From a virus, in the IMG/VR virus record IMGVR_UViG_3300025168_000043, positions 1 to 64,000 of that record: DNA of 64,000 nucleotides; one strand, 5' to 3'. The notes below the pieces were generated by a model. It worked only from the letters and a program-made list of their open reading frames with translations. It did not search any database and was not told where the DNA came from. Below, in pieces: positions 1 to 7,985 of the stretch; position 1 is the first letter of the stretch; the number at the start of each line of letters is the position of its first letter. The position numbers and the translations under genes are program-made.

Positions 1-105
1 GTCGGCAATAAAAATAAGAGGTCCATTATCCGAGAAGAGGACCCAGAAGATGAGGCCGTTGAAGAGGTTTTAAACTATTTATTAGGTAAGGGAGCCTTAT
101 CATGA
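1..105 (+). CDS. 3' end of an acidic protein (partial)
   Basis: Frame 1 reads VGNKNKRSIIREEDPEDEAVEEVLNYLLGKGALS* and the stop overlaps the next ATG (ATGA). Confidence 0.7.
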   Translation, partial: VGNKNKRSIIREEDPEDEAVEEVLNYLLGKGALS

Positions 106-920
106 AAAACAGAAACGATTTAATAGAGGAAGATCTTCTTCGCGAGAACATCCGCAAGATTATCACAAAGATTCACACCAAGCGTGAGGAAAAAGAACTA
201 AACGAAGAGCAAGTTCTTCGTGGTGTTGTTAGTCGGCTCTTACAAGAAAAGACTGCCGTGAATGATCAGATTCCACACGAAAAGACTGGCATCAACAAAC
301 TGCGTCAGACTTTGAAAAAGATTATTCCTCAAATCCGTGATGCTTATCTTTCTCTAACAACTGATCCTGAGCAAAGAAAATCTTACATTGCACACCTTGT
401 AAACGGTATTGACAACCTCTTAGCTCCCATTGAAACTAACATCGATGCTCCTGAAGCTGCTCCTGATATGGAGTTAGAAGAAGACATTGAGATTGACGTT
501 GGCGATGAAAGAGAAGAGCCTTTAGATCTTGGTGTAGACATTCTACCTACTCCTGAAGAGGAAGAAGAGGAGGAAGCTATTGAGATTGATGATGACGAAG
601 AATTGTTGACTCGTGGTTTAAAAGATTCTGAAAATGATGCTACTGGAAGAAATGCTTCCCTTGGAACGTTTAAACAAATCCAAGGAACCATCGTTAATGA
701 TTTTGGTGAACTGGCTAATGATGAGGATAGAGAACTTTATCATGATTATTTAAAAACTAACATTCTTCTTTGGAAAGATAACTTCGAAGAGTTTCTTACA
801 ACTAATCTACCAGAACCTACAACACCTGAATATGAGAAAGAGAAAGCAGGTGGTGATCAAGAGATAGGTCCAGAGTTAGATAATGAAGAAGGTTTAACTT
901 TAGAAATAACTGATTTATAA
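102..920 (+). CDS. Highly acidic protein, putative head scaffold/internal protein
   Basis: 272 aa, E/D-rich, N-terminal helices LLRENIRKII and LRGVVSRLLQE; ACTATTTA motif and GGAG SD upstream. Confidence 0.55.
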   Translation: MKNRNDLIEEDLLRENIRKIITKIHTKREEKELNEEQVLRGVVSRLLQEKTAVNDQIPHEKTGINKLRQTLKKIIPQIRDAYLSLTTDPEQRKSYIAHLVNGIDNLLAPIETNIDAPEAAPDMELEEDIEIDVGDEREEPLDLGVDILPTPEEEEEEEAIEIDDDEELLTRGLKDSENDATGRNASLGTFKQIQGTIVNDFGELANDEDRELYHDYLKTNILLWKDNFEEFLTTNLPEPTTPEYEKEKAGGDQEIGPELDNEEGLTLEITDL

Positions 921-969
921 TAAATTTAATATATATAATAATATAATATAATAATATAGTTAATATATA
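918..969. repeat. Almost pure A/T low-complexity tract (ATAAT-type repeats)
   Basis: taataaatttaatatatataataatataatatataatatagttaatatata contains a single G. Confidence 0.8.
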
Positions 970-1323
970 ATGTCTTGGAAAAGAAAGAAACTAAGGAAAG
1001 GCCGTAATACATATTATAGCCTATCTAAGAAGCTACGTCAAGAAAAAAGATCAAATGATGAGTTTGAGACGATGTTAGGCAATCTTTCCCTTGAAGAAGT
1101 CATTGGTCTGAAATTAGAATTATCTACAAAACCTGTTAACGGCAGGCTTTATGGATTTCCTTTATGGAATAACTTGACAGAGATAGTAAGAGATGCTATA
1201 TTAAAGTATGCTTATTCTGCTACGAGGACACAAGTAGAGGCTATGAGGTTTCTAGGGTTAAGGCAAGATAGATTTCAGAAACTAAAAAACAAATATAAAC
1301 CAGTTTCATACTTTGAGGATTGA
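970..1323 (+). CDS. Basic protein with C-terminal Fis-type helix-turn-helix
   Basis: DAILKYAYSATRTQVEAMRFLGLRQDRFQKLKNKY resembles the Fis/NtrC HTH pattern; K/R-rich N-terminus. Confidence 0.55.
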   Translation: MSWKRKKLRKGRNTYYSLSKKLRQEKRSNDEFETMLGNLSLEEVIGLKLELSTKPVNGRLYGFPLWNNLTEIVRDAILKYAYSATRTQVEAMRFLGLRQDRFQKLKNKYKPVSYFED

Positions 1324-1327
1324 TAGA

Positions 1328-1335
1328 ACTATTTA
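1328..1335 (+). promoter_or_regulatory. Putative phage late promoter ACTATTTA upstream of pilin-tmRNA
   Basis: Same motif recurs upstream of about 11 gene starts; followed by hairpin ACACCC/GGGTGT (1340-1357) and AAGGAG SD. Confidence 0.65.
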
Positions 1336-1375
1336 AGTGACACCCAATGGGGGGTGTAAAAAAAGGAGAGTCATT

Positions 1376-1513
1376 ATGTTTACGTTCGCAAAGGACGAGA
1401 GCGGAGCTACGACTATAGAATACGGTGTGTTTTTTACAATACTAATCAGTGTATTTTATATTGGTGCTTCATCGCTAACAACATACGTTGAACAAACATT
1501 TCAAGTGCTGTAA
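1376..1513 (+). CDS. flp: Flp/Fap (Tad-type) prepilin, 45 aa, absent from ORF track
   Basis: MFTFAKDESG^ATTIEYGVFFTILISVFYIGASSLTTYVEQTFQVL: DESG cleavage site, Glu+5/Tyr+6 Flp motif, hydrophobic helix; AAGGAG SD. Confidence 0.85.
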   Translation: MFTFAKDESGATTIEYGVFFTILISVFYIGASSLTTYVEQTFQVL

Positions 1514-1520
1514 GAATTAC

Positions 1521-1833
1521 GGGGACGTTCAGGATTCGACGGAGTGATAAAAGAGGATAGTGCAGGCAGTCGTGATGACTTAAAAAATCAAAAACAATTA
1601 GTTGCCAATAACAACAATTTCGTTTTAGCACAAGCTGCTTAATCGGGAGGCTGATTAGAGCCTTCTATCCAATCTAATCAAAACAACAGATCAGTTGTAA
1701 AAATCAAACAAGAACCTGTCTCTGGTCACAGTAAGATCAGAAAAGTTTTGTTGATTTTGAAAAATCTCCCAAGCCTGTGGATGACTTGAATTGGAAATTA
1801 TTTCGGACGTGGGTTCAATTCCCACCGTCTCCA
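1521..1833 (+). ncRNA. ssrA: tmRNA
   Basis: 5' GGGGACG..GGATTCGAC; acceptor stem GGGGACG/CGTCTCC with G3.U wobble and discriminator A; T-arm GTGGG-TTCAATT-CCCAC; helix TGCAGGC/GCCTGTG; tag frame 1604-1642 ANNNNFVLAQAA*; CCA not encoded. Confidence 0.95.
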
Positions 1834-1890
1834 TTTTTTTGCCCTCCTATGTTGTATTTGGTACTATTTACAGCGTAGGAGGGTTTTCTT

Positions 1891-2763
1891 ATGGCAAGAA
1901 TACAAAACATTAAATCAGACGGGCTAACCTATTCAGTAGAGGTAATGCGCCGTGCAGCATACGGCGAGGGCAGACAAGCGGACGCCGGAGCTATATGGGA
2001 TGGTGCCGGTGATGTTAATCCCACTGGCATTGGTACAGGAACTAGTTTTACTGCTTTCAGTCTCACCCTAGACCGAGAAGCTTCCTTATCTTTGCCTTTT
2101 ATAGGTTTTGATTTTCGGTTGAATAATACGGGTCGCGCCGACATATCTGGACGTGCAGAGAAACCAGTCAATAATGTAAAAAGAGTTCTTAGTGCCACAT
2201 TCTCGGCTGACTTTTATGGCTTCAATACTCCTCAGCTTGCCCTCTATTATTTTGGGTGTATTCCGAATGTGGAGTTTGAGATAGATAGAAACGGTGATTT
2301 CAAACCAGCGTCAAACGCTCTGCACATAAGAAATATTTTAGGTCATAATCAGAAACAAGATCCTAGGGACTCAGATCCCTCTGGCAAAATTGCAACCCAA
2401 TTTCTTACTAACCCCCAGCGAATGACCTCCGGCCTAAGCCCTGCTGACGGAAGATACGAGTTTAAGTTATCCGCCCCAATGTTACAGCAGTTAGAAATAA
2501 CAATGCGTAATAAAGGAGTTTATGGTATGGTTGGCCTCCACCCATTATCTTTGGAAAAGAGCAACTTTATGACACGACCGCGATCCTCCAGCATCTCGTC
2601 CGTCAAAATAAAAAACGATACCGCAAACGCTCCAATACTCCACATTGAGTATGCTCTTGACAACAACAGAATTAATACTGGCGGCGGTTTATCAAGAACT
2701 ACAACATCTGGCTTTATGACTGACAATGTATTTGCAGGGACAAACTCAGGATTTTCAAGCTAA
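1891..2763 (+). CDS. Hypothetical protein, probably late-expressed
   Basis: 290 aa ORF, GGAGG SD, ACTATTTA at 1863-1870. Confidence 0.6.
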   Translation: MARIQNIKSDGLTYSVEVMRRAAYGEGRQADAGAIWDGAGDVNPTGIGTGTSFTAFSLTLDREASLSLPFIGFDFRLNNTGRADISGRAEKPVNNVKRVLSATFSADFYGFNTPQLALYYFGCIPNVEFEIDRNGDFKPASNALHIRNILGHNQKQDPRDSDPSGKIATQFLTNPQRMTSGLSPADGRYEFKLSAPMLQQLEITMRNKGVYGMVGLHPLSLEKSNFMTRPRSSSISSVKIKNDTANAPILHIEYALDNNRINTGGGLSRTTTSGFMTDNVFAGTNSGFSS

Positions 2764-2766
2764 TAA

Positions 2767-2994
2767 ATGAAAAAAAAGAAATGTCCTTTTAAACGAGGGC
2801 AGCGAGTCAAATGCAAGGGCTCCAAAAGGTGCGGAACAGTCTTATCAAATGGCTGGTACACCATAGGAGACCCAAAGTTCACACAGTTCCCCGGTGGCCC
2901 TCTGGTCATTGAGGGATACATTGCAGTGCAGTTTTTAATAAAAGGAAAACGATACAGATGTATGGAAACAGTAGACAATTTAGAACTTTGCTAA
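2767..2994 (+). CDS. Small basic SH3/KOW-like hypothetical protein
   Basis: FKRGQRVK..GTV pattern; packed directly after the previous gene. Confidence 0.45.
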   Translation: MKKKKCPFKRGQRVKCKGSKRCGTVLSNGWYTIGDPKFTQFPGGPLVIEGYIAVQFLIKGKRYRCMETVDNLELC

Positions 2995-3026
2995 CTACTT
3001 ATTAATGGAAGACGGAGGGCTTTATT

Positions 3027-3299
3027 ATGGCCGTAAACTTAGGCGAAAAGATGTGGAAGGTGTTCACAGTTGTCTTAGGTGTGATTATAATGCCACTTGC
3101 TGGCTGGGTTTGGAATACAAATGTTGCGCTTGCTCAACTACAAAATGATCTTGGCGATGCTGAGAACATGGTGGTTGTAATAGAAAAGAAATTGTCAGAG
3201 GCTGACACAAACTCTAAGGCAATTATTTCAATTGAAAAAGATATTGAGTATATGAAACAAACTCTTGGTCGTATCGAAACACTGGTGTCTAAGATATGA
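3027..3299 (+). CDS. Membrane protein, N-terminal TM plus coiled coil (holin/XhlA-like architecture)
   Basis: VFTVVLGVIIMPLAGWVW followed by heptads; GGAGG SD; ACTACTTA at 2994-3001. Confidence 0.55.
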   Translation: MAVNLGEKMWKVFTVVLGVIIMPLAGWVWNTNVALAQLQNDLGDAENMVVVIEKKLSEADTNSKAIISIEKDIEYMKQTLGRIETLVSKI

Positions 3300-3610
3300 T
3301 GGTTCGAGGACCGATCTTATTTTTTCTTTTGCTCGCCCCAACTAGTGTTGCCTCTTACGGGCCTTCTGATGTGTTTGTGAGCCATTCTGTTGACACGGAA
3401 GAGGAACCGGCCCCTCAAAAGCCTACGGATTGTGAGAAGGCCTCTAAAGACCTCAAAAACGACATTGTTGGTTTAGAGATGTTCTTACAAGATAAAAGCG
3501 ATCATAAAATATTTTGTCCGTACTCCAAATGGGTGCAGCCACCACTTAAAGAATACAAGAAAAAACCTAAGTCTTACCTACCAAAAGGTTGCAAAGCAGA
3601 AAAAATCTAA
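3296..3610 (+). CDS. Exported hypothetical protein
   Basis: Signal-peptide-like PILFFLLLAPTSVAS; ATGA overlap with previous gene. Confidence 0.55.
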   Translation: MMVRGPILFFLLLAPTSVASYGPSDVFVSHSVDTEEEPAPQKPTDCEKASKDLKNDIVGLEMFLQDKSDHKIFCPYSKWVQPPLKEYKKKPKSYLPKGCKAEKI

Positions 3611-3628
3611 CATTTTGATAAAAATTAT

Positions 3629-3657
3629 TTGACAAGCACACGGTGGTTTGTTATACT
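3629..3657 (+). promoter_or_regulatory. Sigma70-type promoter
   Basis: TTGACA-17 nt-TATACT with extended -10 TG. Confidence 0.85.
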
Positions 3658-3684
3658 AGTTATAGTCGAGGGGGAACTTCGGCT

Positions 3685-3858
3685 ATGAATGTTAAAAAGT
3701 TAGGAGCAGGATACATAGGATTTGCAACGGGAGTAGTTTTCGGCGCTATTGTAGCGACCATTACTAGTTACTATATATTTGAGACTGCACTGGGTTCACC
3801 AGATGCGGGAAGAGTGTTACAGATTCAAGAGTGTCTACAAGAGAGGATTTATGGGTGA
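3685..3858 (+). CDS. Small membrane protein
   Basis: MNVKKLGAGYIGFATGVVFGAIVATITSYYIF; start reassigned to ATG 3685, downstream of promoter and GAGGGGG SD. Confidence 0.6.
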   Translation: MNVKKLGAGYIGFATGVVFGAIVATITSYYIFETALGSPDAGRVLQIQECLQERIYG

Positions 3859-4309
3859 GAAAGTAATCGCTGTATCGGGAGGATTTGATCCTGTCCACGT
3901 TGGACACCTCCGTATGATGCAGGACGCAGCACAACACGGAAAGCTGCTTGTTATTGTGAATTCAGATGATTGGCTACTTCGCAAGAAAGGTTATGTTTTT
4001 ATGCCTTGGGAAGAGCGAGCCGAACTTATTGGTGCCTACGACTTTGTGGATCACGTCGTAATGGCAAAAGATGAAGATAGAACAGTTGTGGCCTCCTTGG
4101 ATGAGTTGAGGCCTGACATTTTTGCTAACGGTGGCGACAGAGAGAATGTCAACACACCAGAGGCTAGATTTTGTAGGGAGAATGGTATTGAAATGATCTG
4201 GGGCATTGGCGGCGGTAAAATCCAAAGCAGTTCCTCTATGGTCATAAGCGCAACACAAAAAAAAAGAGCTAAAGATTTAGAAAAATGGCGTAACCAAGTA
4301 GCCTACTAA
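3851..4309 (+). CDS. HIGH-family cytidylyltransferase-like protein (TagD/RfaE-II-like)
   Basis: SGGFDPVHVGH, NSDDWLLRKKG, FANGGDR, KIQSSS; start reassigned to ATG 3851 after GAGG. Confidence 0.85.
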   Translation: MGEKVIAVSGGFDPVHVGHLRMMQDAAQHGKLLVIVNSDDWLLRKKGYVFMPWEERAELIGAYDFVDHVVMAKDEDRTVVASLDELRPDIFANGGDRENVNTPEARFCRENGIEMIWGIGGGKIQSSSSMVISATQKKRAKDLEKWRNQVAY

Positions 4310-4392
4310 GGTCCCCCCCAACCCGCAGGGAGGCACGGGGTAGTGAAAACTGAGAGAAAGGTTAGTAACTCATAGGTGTCTCAATTTATCCC

Positions 4393-4428
4393 AAGAACCC
4401 GTCTCGATTGAGGCGGGTTCTTTTGTTT
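4393..4428 (+). terminator. Rho-independent terminator
   Basis: AAGAACCCGTCTC-GATT-GAGGCGGGTTCTT stem-loop followed by TTGTTT. Confidence 0.85.
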
Positions 4429-4478
4429 CAGACTACTTACTAATGACCCCATAAGGGTTCTAAAAGAGGCAAAGCAAT

Positions 4479-5834
4479 ATGGCAAAAAAAACTTATGTGC
4501 TTGATACAAGTGCTTGTTTGACGGATGCGGACTGTATAAATAATTTTGCTAACAATGACATTGTAATACCATTGAAAGTTCTTGAAGAGATTGATAAACA
4601 CAAAAAACGACAAGACAGTGTTGGTATTAATGCAAGAAAAATAATTCGGTCCTTTGATGAATTGAGAGCAAAAGGATCCTTGCAAAAAGGTGTCCGACTA
4701 GGCAAAGGAAAAGGTATTCTTAGAGTGGTCAGCCATAATTTGACCGCTTTACCTAACGATTTAGATAAATCTGTGCCTGATCACGAGATTATTTCAACTG
4801 CTATTGGGGAAGACCAGAACAACGGCGCCAGAAAAACTATTGTTGTCAGTCGAGACATCAATATGCGTGTCATTTGCGATGCAATAGGTCTTTTAAGTGA
4901 GGATTATAGGGAAAATGAGGTCATTAAGAAAGAATCTGACCTCTTTACTGGCTTCCGGTCTTGCTTAGTAGACGACCAAGAGGTTGATTTCTTCTATCAA
5001 AATGACCCGGTTTACCTAGATCCAGAGGAACATAGGGGTATCTGCCCCAATGAGTTTGTTATGCTGGTGTCCAGTTCAAACGAAAAAAAGACTGCTTTAT
5101 GCCGTTTTTCTGATTATATGAGCCCATTAGAGGAAGTTTTAAACTTTAAAGACGGTCTTTGGGGTGTCAAAGCGCGAAACAAGGAACAAACCTTTGCACT
5201 GGACCTTTTAATGGATCCCAGCATCGAGGTGGTATCCCTCGTAGGCAAAGCCGGCTCGGGTAAAACCCTTATGGCGATCGCCGCTGGGTTGGAGCAGGTT
5301 GTTTCAAATCTTAACATCAAAGATAAGTTAAAAGACGATTCATACTGTCGCACTCCATACAAAAAGCTGGTTGTATCCCGCCCAGTTATGCCTATGGGTA
5401 AAGACATTGGCTTCTTGCCCGGTTCTCTTGAAGAAAAAATGGCCCCTTGGCTAGCACCAGTTCAGGATAACTTGAAGTTTTTGACAGGTGATGATCAAAC
5501 GACACTTGAAGATTATATGCAACGAGGTCTGATTGAGATTGAAGCACTCACATATATCCGTGGTCGTTCTATTGCCAACGCATTCATCGTCATAGATGAG
5601 GCTCAGAACCTCACAGCGCACGAGATCAAGACTATCCTAACCCGAGTAGGGGAAGGGACAAAGATCGTCCTCACGGGCGACGTAGAGCAGATAGATAACA
5701 TCTACATTAATGAGATGTCTTCTGGCTTGACTCACGCCGTCGAAAAGATGAAAGCGCACGAAATTACAGGCCACATTACACTGAGAAAAGGTGAAAGATC
5801 TAAGGTTGCAACGTTGGCAGCAAAGGTTTTATAA
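4479..5834 (+). CDS. phoH: PIN-domain/PhoH ATPase fusion (PhoH2-type)
   Basis: N-terminal YVLDTS, VLEEID, VSRDINMR (PIN); GKAGSGKT, IGFLPG, RGRS, DEAQN, GDVEQID (PhoH). Confidence 0.93.
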   Translation: MAKKTYVLDTSACLTDADCINNFANNDIVIPLKVLEEIDKHKKRQDSVGINARKIIRSFDELRAKGSLQKGVRLGKGKGILRVVSHNLTALPNDLDKSVPDHEIISTAIGEDQNNGARKTIVVSRDINMRVICDAIGLLSEDYRENEVIKKESDLFTGFRSCLVDDQEVDFFYQNDPVYLDPEEHRGICPNEFVMLVSSSNEKKTALCRFSDYMSPLEEVLNFKDGLWGVKARNKEQTFALDLLMDPSIEVVSLVGKAGSGKTLMAIAAGLEQVVSNLNIKDKLKDDSYCRTPYKKLVVSRPVMPMGKDIGFLPGSLEEKMAPWLAPVQDNLKFLTGDDQTTLEDYMQRGLIEIEALTYIRGRSIANAFIVIDEAQNLTAHEIKTILTRVGEGTKIVLTGDVEQIDNIYINEMSSGLTHAVEKMKAHEITGHITLRKGERSKVATLAAKVL

Positions 5835-5842
5835 ATTTATCC

Positions 5843-5871
5843 TTGACATGAGACCATAATGTGGTTATAAT
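5843..5871 (+). promoter_or_regulatory. Sigma70-type promoter
   Basis: Exact TTGACA-17 nt-TATAAT, then AAGGAG SD. Confidence 0.9.
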
Positions 5872-5892
5872 ATAATATGAAAGGAGATTATT

Positions 5893-6219
5893 ATGCAAGT
5901 TGCTGATAGAGAAAGTGAAATTGCTAAAGAAAGTGAAATATTCAAAAACGTTACCCCTGATTCTCCAATGAAGGTTTGGCTTGTTGATTATGTTGGCCAG
6001 AAATTCGAACAAGAAATGATTCGTTTTAAGATAGATACAGGCAAGGAATATGAGTGGGATGGCAATATTACTGTTGAAATGATAGTAGATCTAATGGCGG
6101 AAGAATTTCCAGAGTTTGTAATGGCCTTAGCGGAAGAAAACTTTATTAGAGGATATCGTCAGGCTTTTGCAGATTTAGAAGCCGGCCAAGAAATGGTCAA
6201 ATCTGAAGAAAATGGATAA
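5893..6219 (+). CDS. Hypothetical protein
   Basis: 108 aa ORF with strong SD and promoter. Confidence 0.7.
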   Translation: MQVADRESEIAKESEIFKNVTPDSPMKVWLVDYVGQKFEQEMIRFKIDTGKEYEWDGNITVEMIVDLMAEEFPEFVMALAEENFIRGYRQAFADLEAGQEMVKSEENG

Positions 6220-6904
6220 AAATAGACTCAATATTGAAGATATAATAAAAAGATCTTTACTGGACCAAAAGGTTTTACGAAAAGAATATCGTCTGTTTGG
6301 GAAACTATTATATGTGCAGGAACCATTTGTTGGTGATGTTGATACTCAAGATGCAATAAATTATTTAGAACAAAATATACCGCCTCATTTATTTGAAGAA
6401 GTGGATACTATAATTGTTGGTACTTTTGATTTTTTAGAGATAAGAGACTTAGAAGCATTGTACAAAGATGGCGCGATATATATTAGTAATAAAATCATAA
6501 ATAGTAGAGATTTGTTAGAAAACATTTTGCACGAAATGGCCCACTCTCTAGAAGTAGCAGAGGGGCACTACATTTATGCGGATGGATCTCTTCATACTGA
6601 GTTTCTTGGTAAAAGACGGCGCCTAAAAGATCTTCTACTTGCACAAGACACAGAAATCTTACATGATTTCTCAAATACAGAGTATGATCTAGATTTTGAT
6701 ATGTTTTTGTATCAAGATATAGGTTACCCCAAATTAAGAACTTTAACTAATGGGTTGTTTTATAGCCCTTATTCAATAACGAGTTTGAGAGAATATTGGG
6801 CCTCTGGCGTTGAAAACTATTATTTAGGTGACAGAGAAATATTAAAGAGAGTTAGTCCGCAACTATTTATTAAAATAGAAGGAGTGATCACAGATGAGCA
6901 TTAA
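6212..6904 (+). CDS. Putative zincin metallopeptidase-like protein
   Basis: ILHEMAH (HExxH) plus downstream REYWASGVE candidate third ligand. Confidence 0.6.
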   Translation: MDKNRLNIEDIIKRSLLDQKVLRKEYRLFGKLLYVQEPFVGDVDTQDAINYLEQNIPPHLFEEVDTIIVGTFDFLEIRDLEALYKDGAIYISNKIINSRDLLENILHEMAHSLEVAEGHYIYADGSLHTEFLGKRRRLKDLLLAQDTEILHDFSNTEYDLDFDMFLYQDIGYPKLRTLTNGLFYSPYSITSLREYWASGVENYYLGDREILKRVSPQLFIKIEGVITDEH

Positions 6905-7220
6905 AAATACAGAAGTTAGAGAAAATAAAGACACTTTTGAAGTTTATATCGAATTATATGAAAAAAATGATCGAGAGAACATCAGGAAAAGAAAATTTGT
7001 CCTAGCAGACGCAATTGAGATTTTAAAAAGTCACAAAAAATCTTTTGGTAACTGCATACAAAATCCAACGTTAAAAAACTGGAATTTGTCATTGTTATCC
7101 GGGACTTGGATTTTTGAAAAGAAATCAGTTGACAAACCTAAAAAACAGGTTATATTAAAAGAAGAGAAACCAAAGACTACGCAACGACGGCGTGCTAAAA
7201 AGGTCTCGACTGAGGAATAA
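6894..7220 (+). CDS. Basic hypothetical protein
   Basis: 108 aa, GGAG SD, ACTATTTA at 6862-6869. Confidence 0.6.
   Translation: MSIKNTEVRENKDTFEVYIELYEKNDRENIRKRKFVLADAIEILKSHKKSFGNCIQNPTLKNWNLSLLSGTWIFEKKSVDKPKKQVILKEEKPKTTQRRRAKKVSTEE
7129..7156 (+). promoter_or_regulatory. Possible sigma70 promoter for the nuclease gene
   Basis: TTGACA-16 nt-TATATT within upstream CDS. Confidence 0.55.
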
Positions 7221-7985
7221 ATGGCGCATGTCTCTTATTCAGAGATAAAAACTTGGAACGAATGCCCACACAAACACCGACTTCAATACGTTGAAAGAAT
7301 CGCAGGCTTCAAAGGCAACCTACACACTGCTTTTGGGACCGCGATCCACAGTGTTTGTGAACACGGGCTTCTAAATGAAGATCTAGACAGAGAGAAACAC
7401 TTTCTGGAAGAGTTCGAAAAAGAAATCGTTTCATTAGAAAAGAAAGAAGTGGAGATCGACAAGACCCTACGAGAGCAAATGATGGGCCAGTACGCGCCCA
7501 TCGTTTCGTCGTTTCGTGAGGAACTAGATAACTACTTTGAGGACTGTGAGGTTATCTCCACAGAAGAAATGCTTTATGAAGACATTGAAGGGCACGATTT
7601 GAAGTTTAAAGGCTTCATAGACCTCGTTGTCAAGACTAAGGATGGTAAGTATCATATCCTTGACTGGAAGACTTGTGGGTGGGGCTGGGACGCCAGAAAG
7701 AAGGCTGATAAGATCATCAACTACCAGTTAACCCTATACAAAGTTTTCTGGGGTAAGAAACATAACATCCCGATCGACAAGATCGAGACACATTTTGGTT
7801 TGCTCAAGAGAACAGCCAAAAAGAACAACACAGAGATTTTTCGAGTTACAAGCGGGCAAATAAAAGTAAAAAATGCCTTGACATTCCTCGAAAAAGCGGT
7901 TATTAATATAAAGAGAAAGATTTCTATTAAGAATAGATTATCTTGTAAATACTGCGATTTCTATAAAACAGAACATTGCAGATGA
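7221..7985 (+). CDS. PD-(D/E)XK nuclease, Cas4/AddB-like with probable Fe-S cluster
   Basis: SYSEIKTWNECP, FGTAIH, GFIDLV, ILDWKT, C-terminal CKYCDFYKTEHC. Confidence 0.88.
   Translation: MAHVSYSEIKTWNECPHKHRLQYVERIAGFKGNLHTAFGTAIHSVCEHGLLNEDLDREKHFLEEFEKEIVSLEKKEVEIDKTLREQMMGQYAPIVSSFREELDNYFEDCEVISTEEMLYEDIEGHDLKFKGFIDLVVKTKDGKYHILDWKTCGWGWDARKKADKIINYQLTLYKVFWGKKHNIPIDKIETHFGLLKRTAKKNNTEIFRVTSGQIKVKNALTFLEKAVINIKRKISIKNRLSCKYCDFYKTEHCR
7878..7906 (+). promoter_or_regulatory. Possible sigma70 promoter for the glycan island
   Basis: TTGACA-17 nt-TATTAA near the end of the nuclease gene. Confidence 0.5.

Noticed and set aside
1340-1364. Hairpin plus A-run as a terminator
   Set aside because: The A-run follows the hairpin, so neither strand has a U-tract 3' of the stem; more likely a 5' stabilising hairpin.
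1446-1631. 61-aa minus-strand ORF in the track
   Set aside because: Antisense to the pilin and tmRNA, no motif; shadow ORF.
1805-1833. Stand-alone tRNA suggested by the GGTTCAATTCC T-arm
   Set aside because: The matching acceptor strand is at 1521 with a tag ORF in between, so this is the 3' end of the tmRNA.
1800-1840. Prophage attachment site at the tmRNA 3' end
   Set aside because: No integrase and no duplicated 3' end noticed in the window; phage-type genes lie on both sides.
3027-3610. Canonical i-spanin/o-spanin pair
   Set aside because: The second protein has no lipobox cysteine after its signal peptide.
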